Shown here piece after piece: positions 29,968 to 49,894 of a stretch of 64,000 nt of DNA (its first letter is position 1; each line of letters opens with the position of its first letter). The stretch comes from Hormiphora californensis (taxonomy: Eukaryota; Animalia; Ctenophora). The translations under genes and the position numbers were made by a program. Where the stretch lies: positions 2,418,001-2,482,000 of the forward strand of contig CM035360.1 in the NCBI GenBank assembly GCA_020137815.1, written 5' to 3'. Under the pieces are notes generated by a model, which saw only the letters and a program-made list of their open reading frames with translations, was not told the DNA's origin and did no database searches.

Positions 29968-32900
29968 GGACATGATCATAAAGTCGGGACACTTTTACAA
30001 TGTTTAAAAAAATGTGGATTTTGAGTTTTAAATTTGGTTTTTTCACCTGGCTGAGTAATCTGATCCACCAAAAATTGTCACTAGATAAAAATTGTGAAAA
30101 CTAGAATTTTAAAGCTTAATTATGCTTTGTTTTATAAGGCTTTAAAGTATGTGGATCAGAAACGTGTGGATCAGCATACTCAACCGAGTTAGGTTGATGG
30201 TACGTCCTTGAAACTTTGTGGAATGATAGATGGTATAGTAACAAATTGATTGGCATGGGTAAATGTACAAAATATGCTCAACCAATGTGGATTTTTTTCA
30301 ATTTTCTCATAAAATGCGACTCAACCGGAGGTTTATGACAAAGTTTCGGGTCCCGATTATTCTCAAAAGTTTCGTAAATCGATCCGACATTAGATCATAT
30401 CCAAATTTTTTTTCAAGCAATGACTCAACTCTTGTGGATCACAACTTTTGTGACCGTTGCTCAAAGTCAGTATATAATGAACCATTCTTGGCAGTCTAAC
30501 TTATAGGCATTATTTACATATATGGGAAATCTATGCATCAAAACAGTGTGTACTAGCTGGGAAATACATACCAAAACTTAATGTGGAGTGGAATAATGGA
30601 TTCTGACTCAACCATTGTGGATCAAAAGTAAAATTTCTCAGAAAAACAAGATTAATTGCATTATGTTCTAACATAATGCTGAATTTCCCTGCCATGTGAA
30701 TCTATGAAGAAAGGAAATCATGACCAGATCCGCTGTAGGAGCAAGCGGAACACAAAATCCCGATCATCATATCACACAAACAGTATAGAGCAAATCCTTG
30801 TGTTTTAGTAGCACTAAATTGCGCACCACGCCGCCACATTGCGCGCCACACATTTCCTGAAAACGTGCCAATGAAGTGGTTTATGAAGGAGCAGCTCGTA
30901 ACTGTGTGCGCGGCTCTTGTTGCTACACCGTTGCCCCTCGCAACTAAAGTGTGACCAAAATGGTCCCTCTACCGATTAGTTAGTATACCAAAATGTCGTT
31001 TTCGAATTCTAACCCTGCTATGCCTTTTTACAAAGTAAAATGGCATCCGGGTGAATGCCTTCGGCATTCACCCGGGCAGGGAAAAAATGATCCACATGGA
31101 ATGAGTTTTCTATTTGAGTTGTAAAAAGGTCTAGTAGCCATTGCCACCAATACAGGTGATTAAAATTACATTTTTAGCTGAAAAGTTTTAAAAGTGAGGT
31201 TTTAAAACGGTGATCCACACCGGTTGAGTCGTCCTATTCTTCCACCTTTGCCAAATATGGAAACTTTAGACAATTTCCAAAAAGATGAGCCCTGAATTAC
31301 TTGTCTATGAGAATTCTATAGACCCTTTTTCGCTTCCCAAAGTTCAAGGGTCTCCAGATCCACATAGGTTGAGTAATTAACAACTCAACCGACCCTAATA
31401 AGCTAGTCATGACGATTATCTATGTTCGCAAAAGGCAAGCTTCCCCTCGTCCGACCCGAAGTTGGAATTATATGGGTTTAGTTTGTCGAACCGGCAAGTT
31501 GCTAACATATTTCAAATCTTTACTACTTCTCAAATGATCTAATCCCATACATTCAGTCTAATCCCAAAATAAAATTGTAAATCCTGTTAAACATAGAGCC
31601 AAAAATAATGGCACCAACATGTGAAATGCCCTTGTAGTTAGTGGGAGCAGAACAAAATCAATTTCTTATCTCACCACGTTAATAAATAATTAATTAAGTT
31701 GATGCTCTTATTTGTTTTAGAGGTGCTCAAGTTCTACCGCCAGCAACTGGATGAAATTTATCCATTTCATTGTGCACAATGCACAGGCTTTGGTTACGAA
31801 GTTACCCCTTGCCAGCGCGTGCAAAGGTCGCCCGGCGACAGAGTGTGAGGTGTCTTCGATACCAAGCACAGGCTTGTGTAACAAAAAGGGGCATTTTTAT
31901 AGCTTATTGTTCATCATAACCTGAAATAAATAATTTTCATTACTTTCACAAAGGCTCAAAGTTTGAATATCAAATTTGTGTAGTGGCAAATTGGTGCAGG
32001 GGCAAAAGTTTTAATTGATTATTATTAATTTATTAATTAGAAAATCAAAAATCCGGCTCCGTTATGACTCGTATTTATACTATTAGAACATACATACAAA
32101 GTTTCATTTCGAAATTTCAAACGGTGTGGCCACAGTTTGAATATCAAAGTTGCAAAAATTGTGCAGGGGCAAACAAAATTGTGCAGGGGCAAAAGTTTTA
32201 ATTACTTATAATTAATTAATTAATTAAAAAATCAGAAATCCGGCTCTTTTATGACTCGTAGTTATACCACTAGAACATGCATGCAAAGTCTCATTTCGAA
32301 ATATCAAACGGTGTGGCCACAGTTCGAATATCAAATTTACCGAAAATGTGCAGGGGCAACATTTGCCGCAAATGTACAGGGGCAAAATGTGCAGGGGCAA
32401 AATTTTAATTGCTTATAATTAATTGGATAATTAATTTTGACTATTCCCACTTTTTGTCGATCTTTCTATATGCATGAACTACATTACTACAAAATGTTAG
32501 GTCGTTATTTATAGCAGAACAGAAAATATACCATTTTTAGTTGCCTTGTTCAGGAAATGTGCAGGGGGTCGAAATCAGCGGTGCAGGGGAAAGATGGTGC
32601 AGGGGCAAAATTTTAATTACTTATAATTAATTAGTTAAATTAAAAATAAGAAATCCAGCCTTTTTATGACTCGTAGTTATACTACTAGAACATGCATACA
32701 AAGTTTCATTTCGAAAAAAACAAACGGTTTGGCCACAGTTTGAATATCAAAATTGCAAAAAATGTGCAGGGGTATTTGCCCCTGTACATTTTCAAAAAAA
32801 GTGCAGGGGGCCCTAAAAAAGTCCATTTTTGCATGCCTATAACTAATTAATTAATTAATTTTCAATACTCCCACTTTTCGAATATCATTTTTTATGATTG

Positions 32901-33662
32901 AAGAACATTCCTACAAAGTTTCAAGTCGATATTTCAAGCAGAACGGAAGATAAACCGTGTGCAGGGGCACGCGTGCAGGGGCAAAAAATCAAAATGTACA
33001 GGGGCAATGTGCAGGGGCAAATTTTGATAGCTTATAATTAATTAATTAATTAAAAAATCAAAAATCCGGCCACGTTATGACACGTAGTTATACTACTAGA
33101 ACACGCCTACAAAATTTCAGGTCGATATCTCAAACGATGTGGCCGCAATCGCTGCCTGAAATTTGCCCCCCCCCCCCCCCCCCAAAAATCTTCTATTCTT
33201 TGTATATAATAGGGCCGTCACTTTTTGGATTTGGTGCAGGGGCAAAAATTTTTTTTTCGTTTTTTCTGTTTTCTTCGGGTCGGAGGTGCCTGCCGGCACC
33301 TAAATAGGGCCGTCACTTTTTGGATTTGGTGCAGGGGCAAAAATTTTTTTTTCGTTTTTTCTGTTTTCTTCGGGTCGGAGGTGCCTGCCGGCACCTAAAT
33401 AATACTCGTTGGACTAAAACTAAAATGGTGGTAACTGTAGTTCTGTATTTAAATATTTACAAATGTTGTCCTGAGATCCACTTCGGTTGAGTAATCGTAT
33501 TTTTTATTATCAAATATTGTATTTTAATCATATTTTTATCTGCTCCCAAATTTTTAAGTTGTTTGGACGAATAAAAGTACCATAATTATTAGTTTTAAAA
33601 AATTTGGTCGATATTTTTCAACTTTGAAATTTCAAAAATGTCCCGACTTTATGATCATGACC
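29968..33662. mobile_element. 3.7-kb non-autonomous TIR DNA transposon, superfamily unresolved
   Basis: TIR GGACATGATCATAAAGTCGGGACA / TGTCCCGACTTTATGATCATGACC; TTAG on both sides (29964-29967, 33663-33666); scattered GTGGATCA/TGATCCAC and CTCAACC/GGTTGAG motifs; no long ORF. Confidence 0.8.
31958..33401. repeat. Complex tandem array (GTGCAGGGGCAAAA-containing units) ending in a duplicated 95-bp hairpin-bearing terminus; possibly a nested Helitron/Helentron-type element
   Basis: Repeated ~190-420-bp units with ATGACTCGTAGTTATAC and GTGGCCACAGTTTGAATATCAAA; 33208-33401 is a tandem duplicate containing the hairpin AGGTGCCTGCCGGCACCT. Confidence 0.7.
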
Positions 33663-34698
33663 TTAGATCCTCTCTCCCCCTCACCGAATTCGATCATTTT
33701 ATTATCCCCATGGGGGACAGATATATTATTCATTGTGCTTTCCTACATCTTCATTCCATCAAATTAATAAATGAATTATAACGACTCACTTGCACTCCTT
33801 CCTCATTATTGAGATTGTAGCGCCAATAACACTGCCCCTATTCTAACCCCCTCATCTCCCCTCTTTGGGCTAGTTTTCTTACATCATTATTCCTGAATCA
33901 TAACAAACTCTGACCTCCCACTCCTCACTCCCTCAGAAGAGATTGTAGTACCAATAACGCGGGTCCAGGTCCAGCAACTTCAGTTCGCAGTCCAGTCCGG
34001 TCAAGTGGAAATGTTGGCACTATCTGCCCAGTTTCTAGCCCACTACGCGGATGTGATCCCCCAGAATAGTTTGGTTGGTTCAGAGGTACTGGATTGTACA
34101 CTCGCACTGATGGAGCTAGACCACCTTGAGGTATGATTACTTGCCTTGTGGCTTTTTTAACCCTTAACCTCTCTCCGCGGTTTGAACTAAACAAATATTG
34201 ACTAGTGCCATGATTTATTAGGCGTGTACTATCGTGGTATATTTGCCAGCTTTATCGGGCCCAAATCCCTTGAAGGAAGATTGCTAATATTCCAGTTGCC
34301 ACATTAGTCCACCAAACAAATTCCATTTTATCTCAAATTTTATCGTTCACCTGTGCTCAATTGGTTGTTTCAGGCCATAACACAAAGCTCTGATTCCCCA
34401 TATGTTGTGAGTTAATATGCACTCTTTCATTGTCATCTTGATTCTTTCACTTTTTTATTGTGTAACTCACACTGCTCTGTGAGAGTTCAGCAACACTTTT
34501 ATTGTCATCATCCTGTACCTTCTTCCCGACCGAAAACGATGTTCTAGTCATTATTTATCATCATTATATGTTATTTTAGTTTCCTGTAAACAATTCATCT
34601 TTCGATCTCACTCTTCCGCACATGTGTCCTGTACCCCTTATTCAGATTGTCTCGTGTGTATAACGAGTCTACCAAGACAAACAAGTTCCATATTTCAG

Positions 34699-42401
<7,703 letters not shown>

Positions 42402-44660
42402 TAGAGAGAAACAAGGTCCTCTCTCATTATGTGAGGGGAGAGATTATATAGATCACGAGAGAGAACGTGAGATCAGGACTGAAAAAAAAACAGAAAATTG
42501 GATAAAGATGTTGCGACCAGTACATTTATTTTATTGGTGATTATTATATATTTGATAGTGTCTGTGCAACACAAATCTTAGGGGCATGGGAACATTCCAT
42601 GTCCTATAACGCCAAATATGGCATGTCCTATGGCCATATATGGCATGATAAGTGTGTGTAATTATTTTAAACTACACAAAAACATTAATTACTCGCACTT
42701 AAATATAGAAATACTGTTTAGTTTTTTACTTGACTTGTTTATGTGAGTGTAACTTGTTGGAATGGGGTAGTTAGCATTGTTTATGTTAACACAGCCAGAG
42801 AAGCAGCCCACAATTTGTTCGACTTTATTATCAGTGTGTGATAAAATATTCAAAATCGTGATTTTAAAATTAGCTGTGTCAACTGTATATTCGGATTCTT
42901 TTCAGAATTACTTCTTCCCAGACCAAATATGAGATATTTTCATTTTGTCCAACACTGAAAGAGTACATTAACACCCTATACAATATACATCATTGTACTG
43001 TTGTATTTTAAACCGGCCAGTTACCAGTTGTTGTTTGCTATTTTTAGCGACCCATCGACGGAGGGCGCGGAACACTTCTTGTGATGAAAGCAATAGTGGG
43101 ACATGTAGCGGGTGCGCGTCGCAATGCGCGCGGTCATCGCTCTGGAAATAGGCCAGAAGCACGACCCCCTCTCTCTCTCTCTCTGTGATCTGGAGTGAGA
43201 GAGTGCAGTTGTTATCACCCTTGTCGTGATCTTTGGCGGGATTTTCACACCCTTTTGCACCCCTTGCTTATGTTTCGTGTCATCGCTTGCGAGCAAGAGT
43301 TCATTGCCTAGTAAAATGAAAAATCTTGTTTTCAGTTCAAACTCGGGGAAGGGAGGTCGAACAAGCAAAATCGTTAAACTCTGTTCAATTCTATCAGCTT
43401 GATACTTTTGGTACTTTGCACTTTAGAGATTCAGAATTCTTGTCTCTCGTATTTCACGTGCGCCAGAGAATGAGAGCATCATAAAGCAGCCGATAATTGC
43501 CCCTTATTATACTCGCTGTTGCTAAACTTGATAAACTTCAACAACAACATGTTGGTGAATTTAGCAAGTTCGGACATGTTCCACTATTACACTGTCAACT
43601 TAATGGCCAGGCTTGTTTGTACAAGTCCCCAATTATTGAGGTCCTCGCTCCTATGACAGTGAACCGTAAATTGAGGGACCTAGCTCCCTCCATCGCCAGT
43701 CAAACGAGACTCCTTTTACCGCGTTCTTCGTATTTGTTCATTCTGTTTGTGATTCAAAGTATTAGCTTCTGATCGAGACAAGTTTTGATGTATTTTCATA
43801 TGAATTTTAATTTCCTCTATTCATCTCTCTCCATCTCTTTGCCTTGGTCGATCCTTTCTCACCCACTCTCTCTCTCTCTATCCATCTCTTTGCCTTGCTC
43901 GACCCTCTCTCTCTAGTCTCTGTTACTGCTGTACCCGTTGAAATGGATAACATACCGGCACTATCTTTACCGGCCTGTATATAATCTAGATTGATTTACC
44001 CTTTTTCGGTTATTTGCTATAATTAAAAATAATATTCCCCGAGAGTTGACTTAGCTCCTGTTCCTTTCTTCTGTGTCCCCCCCCCCCCTAGATAGCGTAC
44101 GTGTCAGTTATATTTGGGGTTTGAGTCATCGTTTTAGAGGTACTCGTTTTTTAATAGGAGGGTATATCGAATTTATGTGTTCCTCAAGCTGCTGATCAAG
44201 TTTGTTCCTAGTTGGTTTGAGCCGAAGGATGGACGTGCCTATTTTCAACTCCTATTCGGGAGGGGACAAATCGTGTTTGATTGTCTGTGGTTGCGACCCC
44301 CACTGTGATTCACGGCTCCAGTAGTACCACACGACCAACTCGATCATTTCATTCCAATGTTTTCCACCCTCCGGGGGATTAGCAACACTACCATCCCCCC
44401 CCCCCCTGATTCTACCATGTTGTATTCGACCCCAGTGGGGCTACGTATAATGACCCCCTCCCACTATGTGTTGAATGCATGAGTAACGGTCATTCTGTAT
44501 ATATAGCTGCCGCCGCCAACTGCTCCTGCCTCTCACATGTTATGTTTTAGGGGTGTTTGCTGGCTACGAGCCAAGATCATCGTGCCAAGATAGAGTGCAT
44601 CTTGCCGCACTTTTCTACTTTTACACACCTGCCTTCTCTCTCTCTCTCTCTCTCTCTCTA

Positions 44661-47600
44661 GTGACTATCAAAACTATGATAGGGCGAATAAGCGGCGTCG
44701 TGAGGTGACCATTTCTCAATCACTAAACTACCACTTCCGGAGCCTCAAAAAGGCAATCAATGATCACATTGGGTCTGCGAACATTAGGTACATCCATTAT
44801 CGCTCCTCATCCGCTGGTCTTGTGATCCAACTACAAAAGGATCGCGTGATCAGCGGTGAGGTTATGTACCGTAAGATCTTCTGTCTAGAGGACTTTATAA
44901 CTCAGTTTCAGGCCGGGGGTACTGAATTGGTGAAGGACTAACTATAAGTTCATACCACTGCTCGTCATTCCTATAGTCCTCCCTGGTTCTCCCCTAGACT
45001 AGGGCTAGCTTTTCTCAACCCGTTTTTGTTTACTCTCATTTTAACTAGCCCTTGTCTATCTCCCTCCCATTGTGTATTAAGTTAGTCTAATTGTGTTTTT
45101 TCTCTAGCTAGTATAGTGCTTTGTATTGTGTTTTTAATACCGGATCCACGTTATTTATCTGTTTCTCAGGGTCTGTACCCTGCCCTCGTTGTCTAACTTG
45201 GTTCTGGTATTTCCCTCCCCCTTCCCTAGTATTAGTCTCTCCATCCTGTCCCTCATCGTGTGTCTACTATGTTAATTTTAGTATATTTCACTGCCCCCTA
45301 CCCATAACCCCTCACCTTAGTATGTATTAGTTGACCCTGTCTCCGTATAGCGCTTCTCCCCTCCCTCGTTTTAACCCCTTCTCTTCTTTTTCTTCTGCTC
45401 ATGATGAGGTTTCCGAGACTGTAGAAATAATTTCTACTACTCTGGAGAGTTGTGATTACCGTGATAACCCGTCCTTCCCTGACGCTAATCAGTTGTCGAT
45501 TTATTCTCTCAATATAGATGGATTCAAAACCAATTTTGAAGAGTTTAGAACTGGTAGATTTGGTGTGTCTCAATTCGATTTCTATCTGTTTACTGAAACT
45601 AATATCACTTCTCGAGACAACACTAGTTGGTACAATCTCCCTAATTACAAGCATTTTTGTCTTCCAAATAGTACTGGCAAGAATAAAGGTGCTGGCCTTT
45701 CCATCTTTGCCAGAAACCATCTTTCTTTCACTATTTCAAAAGAGTTTTGTTATGATACGGAATATTTTCAATCCTACGGTGGTAAGCTCTCCTTACCTAG
45801 TGGCCAAACTGTAAATATTGTGGTGGTGTATCGTTTCCATAACAGGTGGGGTGACAATCTATGGTATGATGGCCTTTTTGAGAGTCTGGAGCGGTTCTTA
45901 GTTGAAGTTACCAAGTCAAACTGCTTAATAGTTGGTGACTTTAACTTCGATCTGCTTCGTATGGATTCCCTGAAGGTTCAGAAATACTTCCAGTTATTCT
46001 GCTCCCATGGCCTTGCTCCACTCATTAGTATTCCGACCCATCATAGTAACTACTCATCCTCGCTCATTGATCAGATCTGGACCAATGTTATTGGAACTGA
46101 CTACACTGCTCAACCTATCTCTCATGTTCTCAACGATTCTATGTCTAATCATTCTCCTGTTTCTTGTTCTCTCCCCATGTTCACCGTCAAAAAATTGTCT
46201 TCCCCAAACCCCGTTAGAGAGTACCCTCGTACTGTTACATACACTGATTGTAATGATTATAATATTGCTGATTTTCACAACTCTTATGTGTCTAATAATC
46301 TTGATATGTACCACCAGAACAGTGATTCTTGCAGAGCCAATGATTTCTCTTGTTATATGTCCACTTTTCACGAGCTATACTCAGCTGCTTTTGTCAAATC
46401 CAAAGTGGTCACATCACCCCGTAACCGCACTGATAAACCTTGGATTACGGTCGGTTTAGGGAAGGCTTGTGAAGTAAAAAATAAACTGTATAAAAAGTGG
46501 GTGAACTCCAGGGGTTCAAGGCATGAACATCAGAACCATGATAATTACAGGGCATATCGTTCTATCCTTCGTGATCTCCTTGCCAAAGCGAGAGATGATT
46601 ATTATATTGTACAGTTTTGTAAATGCAAAGACAACATTCGTGCATGTTGGAGAGTGATTAATGGTATTAGGGGTAAGGGTGGTGGTCCTACTTACCCAGA
46701 TAACCCGGGGCTGAATACTGCTAGTGAGTTTAATGAACATTTTGTGGGCATAGCCAAACGTCTTAATGACGCTAAGTATTCTAACCGGGGTTCTGGTAAC
46801 AAATCTACTTTCAATAGATTCCTTAGGAACCGAGTATCTAACTCACTGTTTTTATTCCCTACCGATCCTGATGAAATTTTCAATATTATCAAGGGATTTG
46901 ATTCCAACAAATCGTCTGGTTTGTCCCCTGCCATCCTAAAAAAGGTGGGATTATTCGTGTCTCGTGATATCTCTGCACTGATTAACGCATGTATGCTTGA
47001 AGGTGTATTTCCTGATGAGCTCAAGGTTGCTCGAGTTACTCCCCTGCTCAAAGGGGGTGATCGTAATGTAATTACAAACTACCGTCCTATTTCCATTTTG
47101 CCTACTATGTCCAAGATTTATGAAAAGTGTATTCTAGTTAGGCTAGTGTCATTTCTTGATAAGAATGATATTCTCTCTCCGGATCAATTTGGATTTAGGA
47201 CAGGTAGTTCCACTACGAAAGCTCTTAACAGTGGCATACATCATGTTGTCTCTTCCATTGACAAAGGTCAGCATACAGTTGGTCTTTTCTTGGATCTTCA
47301 GAAAGCCTTCGATACTATAGATCATGAGATTCTGTTAAGTAAGCTAGAACACTATGGCATCAGAGGTGTACCTCTCGACCTGTTCCGCAGTTATCTCACC
47401 AACAGAAATCAATATGTACGACTAGCTGATTTCTCTTCTACTACACTCCCTATAATCTACGGTGTCCCTCAGGGATCAATTTTAGGTCCCATACTGTTTA
47501 TTCTTTACCTGAATGATTTACCCAATATTATTTGTTCTTGTAAAACCGTGTGTTGTGGGAGGTGTTCGAAAGGCATCAAGTTTGTTCTCTTTGCAGATGA

Positions 47601-48943
47601 TACAAGTATCTTCATATCTGGTGATAGCATTGCTGATGTCCAACGTATGATTGATCTTATTTTGACCAACCTTCAGGAATATGTTTGTTCTAATTATCTA
47701 CACCTTAACGTTGGTAAAACTAATTTCATTCATTTCCGTACTTTGCTAGACAACTCCAATCAGATCTTCTTCCCCAAGTTTAATGGTGATGATATCTTAT
47801 GTGTCAACCAGGTCAAGTTTCTGGGTGTTATAGTTGATAGTAAGCTTTCCTGGGACCCCCACATCACGCAAGTTATTAATAAGACTTACTGTACTCTAGG
47901 AAGTCTTAGGAGACTCAGGAATTGTCTTCCCAAATCCTTGAGGCGCTCTGTCTTTGAGTCGCTTATACAATCCAATATTAGATATGCATTATGTGTCTGG
48001 GGGTCGTCCAATAATAAACTTCTGCCATTATTCAAGCTCCAAAAGGATGCTGTCCGTATTCTATACAACTTACCCAAACTTGACAAGTATGCTAAGCCTC
48101 ATACCAAGCCTACCTTTGCTTCCGAGTCACTGCTGACGGTTTACTCTCTCTATACTCTCTCTGTACTTTTTGAAATGTTTTATTACTACAGTATCAATTC
48201 ACCCAGCAGTCCAACTTATATTGTCAAGTTCTCCACTAGAAATGAGTGTCTTGCTCTGGCTTCTTCTGGTACACGCATATACCTTGACAATAATTTCATG
48301 TTTACTGGGCCTCGGTTTTGGAACACGGCGTTAAAAGACAAAACTTATTTTAGTTCTACATCGTGTTTCTTCTCGCCCCACTCTTTCAAATCAGCTGCCA
48401 TTAAGTTGATCTCCCAGCTTCAGAACTCTGGTCCTGATATTGAATGGATCTGCTTAAACACATCTCTCCTGAGCAATTGATTACCCACTGCCCCCCCCCC
48501 CCCCCGCCCTTTTTCTTGTATCCTATAATCCAACCTGTCCCCACCATATCCTATAATCCAACTTATCCTATAATCCGACATATTTATCATGAGCAGTTGT
48601 TTCCCCCTTTCCTCTCACCTCTCCTCTTACCTCCACTAACCTCTCTTCTTTCCCATATGCGCTATATGGTACAATGACCCGTCTAACATGGAGCAACCTA
48701 TGTGGACTTCTTCTACAACCAGTCTATACCTGTCCCCCAAGCTTGTGGCACTGAATAGGAACTCTCAGTTTAATTGACTCCCTAGAACTTTAGCAGTGCC
48801 TCGCAAGGGACAGTTTGGAACTGATAATATGTGTGCGCTAGAGAACTTTCTATGTTACATGTTTCCTACGCTGTTTATGTGTTAGCTGCGTGTGCATCCT
48901 TATTTTGTGTTCCACATATCTATTTATTTCAAATCAAATCAAA

Positions 48944-48945
<2 letters not shown>
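44661..48945 (+). mobile_element. LINE retrotransposon (L2/CR1-group-like), apparently 5'-truncated within ORF1
   Basis: ORF1-like remnant at 44660-44941, intact ORF2, ~450-nt 3' UTR ending in (CAAAT)3 at 48930-48944; (CT)n tracts on both sides. The 5' boundary is uncertain. Confidence 0.8.
45331..48480 (+). CDS. LINE ORF2: APE endonuclease + reverse transcriptase
   Basis: APE motifs SLNIDG, FTET, VVVYR, IVGDFN, SLIDQIW and SNHSPV. RT motifs NYRPISIL, QFGFR, FLDLQKAFDTIDH, GVPQGSILGPILF, FADD, KT and KFLGV. Uninterrupted 1049 codons. Confidence 0.97.
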   Translation: MTLSPYSASPLPRFNPFSSFSSAHDEVSETVEIISTTLESCDYRDNPSFPDANQLSIYSLNIDGFKTNFEEFRTGRFGVSQFDFYLFTETNITSRDNTSWYNLPNYKHFCLPNSTGKNKGAGLSIFARNHLSFTISKEFCYDTEYFQSYGGKLSLPSGQTVNIVVVYRFHNRWGDNLWYDGLFESLERFLVEVTKSNCLIVGDFNFDLLRMDSLKVQKYFQLFCSHGLAPLISIPTHHSNYSSSLIDQIWTNVIGTDYTAQPISHVLNDSMSNHSPVSCSLPMFTVKKLSSPNPVREYPRTVTYTDCNDYNIADFHNSYVSNNLDMYHQNSDSCRANDFSCYMSTFHELYSAAFVKSKVVTSPRNRTDKPWITVGLGKACEVKNKLYKKWVNSRGSRHEHQNHDNYRAYRSILRDLLAKARDDYYIVQFCKCKDNIRACWRVINGIRGKGGGPTYPDNPGLNTASEFNEHFVGIAKRLNDAKYSNRGSGNKSTFNRFLRNRVSNSLFLFPTDPDEIFNIIKGFDSNKSSGLSPAILKKVGLFVSRDISALINACMLEGVFPDELKVARVTPLLKGGDRNVITNYRPISILPTMSKIYEKCILVRLVSFLDKNDILSPDQFGFRTGSSTTKALNSGIHHVVSSIDKGQHTVGLFLDLQKAFDTIDHEILLSKLEHYGIRGVPLDLFRSYLTNRNQYVRLADFSSTTLPIIYGVPQGSILGPILFILYLNDLPNIICSCKTVCCGRCSKGIKFVLFADDTSIFISGDSIADVQRMIDLILTNLQEYVCSNYLHLNVGKTNFIHFRTLLDNSNQIFFPKFNGDDILCVNQVKFLGVIVDSKLSWDPHITQVINKTYCTLGSLRRLRNCLPKSLRRSVFESLIQSNIRYALCVWGSSNNKLLPLFKLQKDAVRILYNLPKLDKYAKPHTKPTFASESLLTVYSLYTLSVLFEMFYYYSINSPSSPTYIVKFSTRNECLALASSGTRIYLDNNFMFTGPRFWNTALKDKTYFSSTSCFFSPHSFKSAAIKLISQLQNSGPDIEWICLNTSLLSN

Positions 48946-48975
<30 letters not shown>

Positions 48976-49475
48976 TCCCTGTCTCACTAGACGTAAACAG
49001 AGACGCTATTATATCACGTTTGTTAGGTCGATAGGACCTTAATAATAATATTAAACAAAATGTAATCTCAGGAAATCGGAAGTCTGCTATAGGAGTTTTT
49101 TCGAGGGCCGATAAATCGATGTTCATATTAGTAGGTACTTAGTAGCTGTTCTCACACGATGTCAACAGCTGCATTAATCAAGGTGCAACACTATATTGAG
49201 CATAACAATTATATCTTTTTAAAATATATTTCTTTCTGGATCAATATTTGTTTTTCTCTCCCATCTCCCCTAGCTAGAATTATACCCCGGTATTTATCTC
49301 AACCACTGTTTTATAGCTTGCAACTGGAGTTCTTAGAAGCATAATCAATATAATTTATATTTTCGGGGTAGATCGTGGTGGATCACCGATTATTCCACTT
49401 CTAGACACACTTGTTGTTGTTTTTGATTCTAGCAGATGCATGATAATGATAATAAATAATATTCAGATTTCGGTA

Positions 49476-49698
49476 CTACCCGCATCCTCCATATCCTTAA
49501 ATCGCCAATGATTGCGTATTCACTGCGTAATCGCTGCGTATTCACTCTGGAACCACGGCGTATTCACTGCGTATTACTTGCGTATTCGCTCTGTATTCAC
49601 TGCGTATTCGCTCTGTATTCACTGCGTAAAAACTGCGTAAACACTGTGTAAACACTGCGTAAACACTATCGATTTAAGGATATGGAGGATGCAGGTAG
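49476..49698. mobile_element. MITE with TA TSD and internal TGCGTA(T/A) repeats
   Basis: TIR CTACCCGCATCCTCCATATCCTTAAATCG / CGATTTAAGGATATGGAGGATGCAGGTAG; TA on both sides. Confidence 0.88.
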
Positions 49699-49861
49699 TA
49701 CCCAGATTTCACCACTGCTGTATCATCACTGCTGGGTGGGTTAGGGGTATACACAATTGGAAATATATCAGCTGTCAGAGATGATGATAATCTATATCCT
49801 TGACCCTTGACAGTTTGTCATTTCATCCTCTCTTCTATCCTCTCAACTACCTTCTATCTCT

Positions 49862-49894
<33 letters not shown>

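Noticed and set aside
43300-44630. Possible spliced ORF1 exons upstream of the LINE
   Set aside because: No coherent frame or recognisable motif could be assembled.
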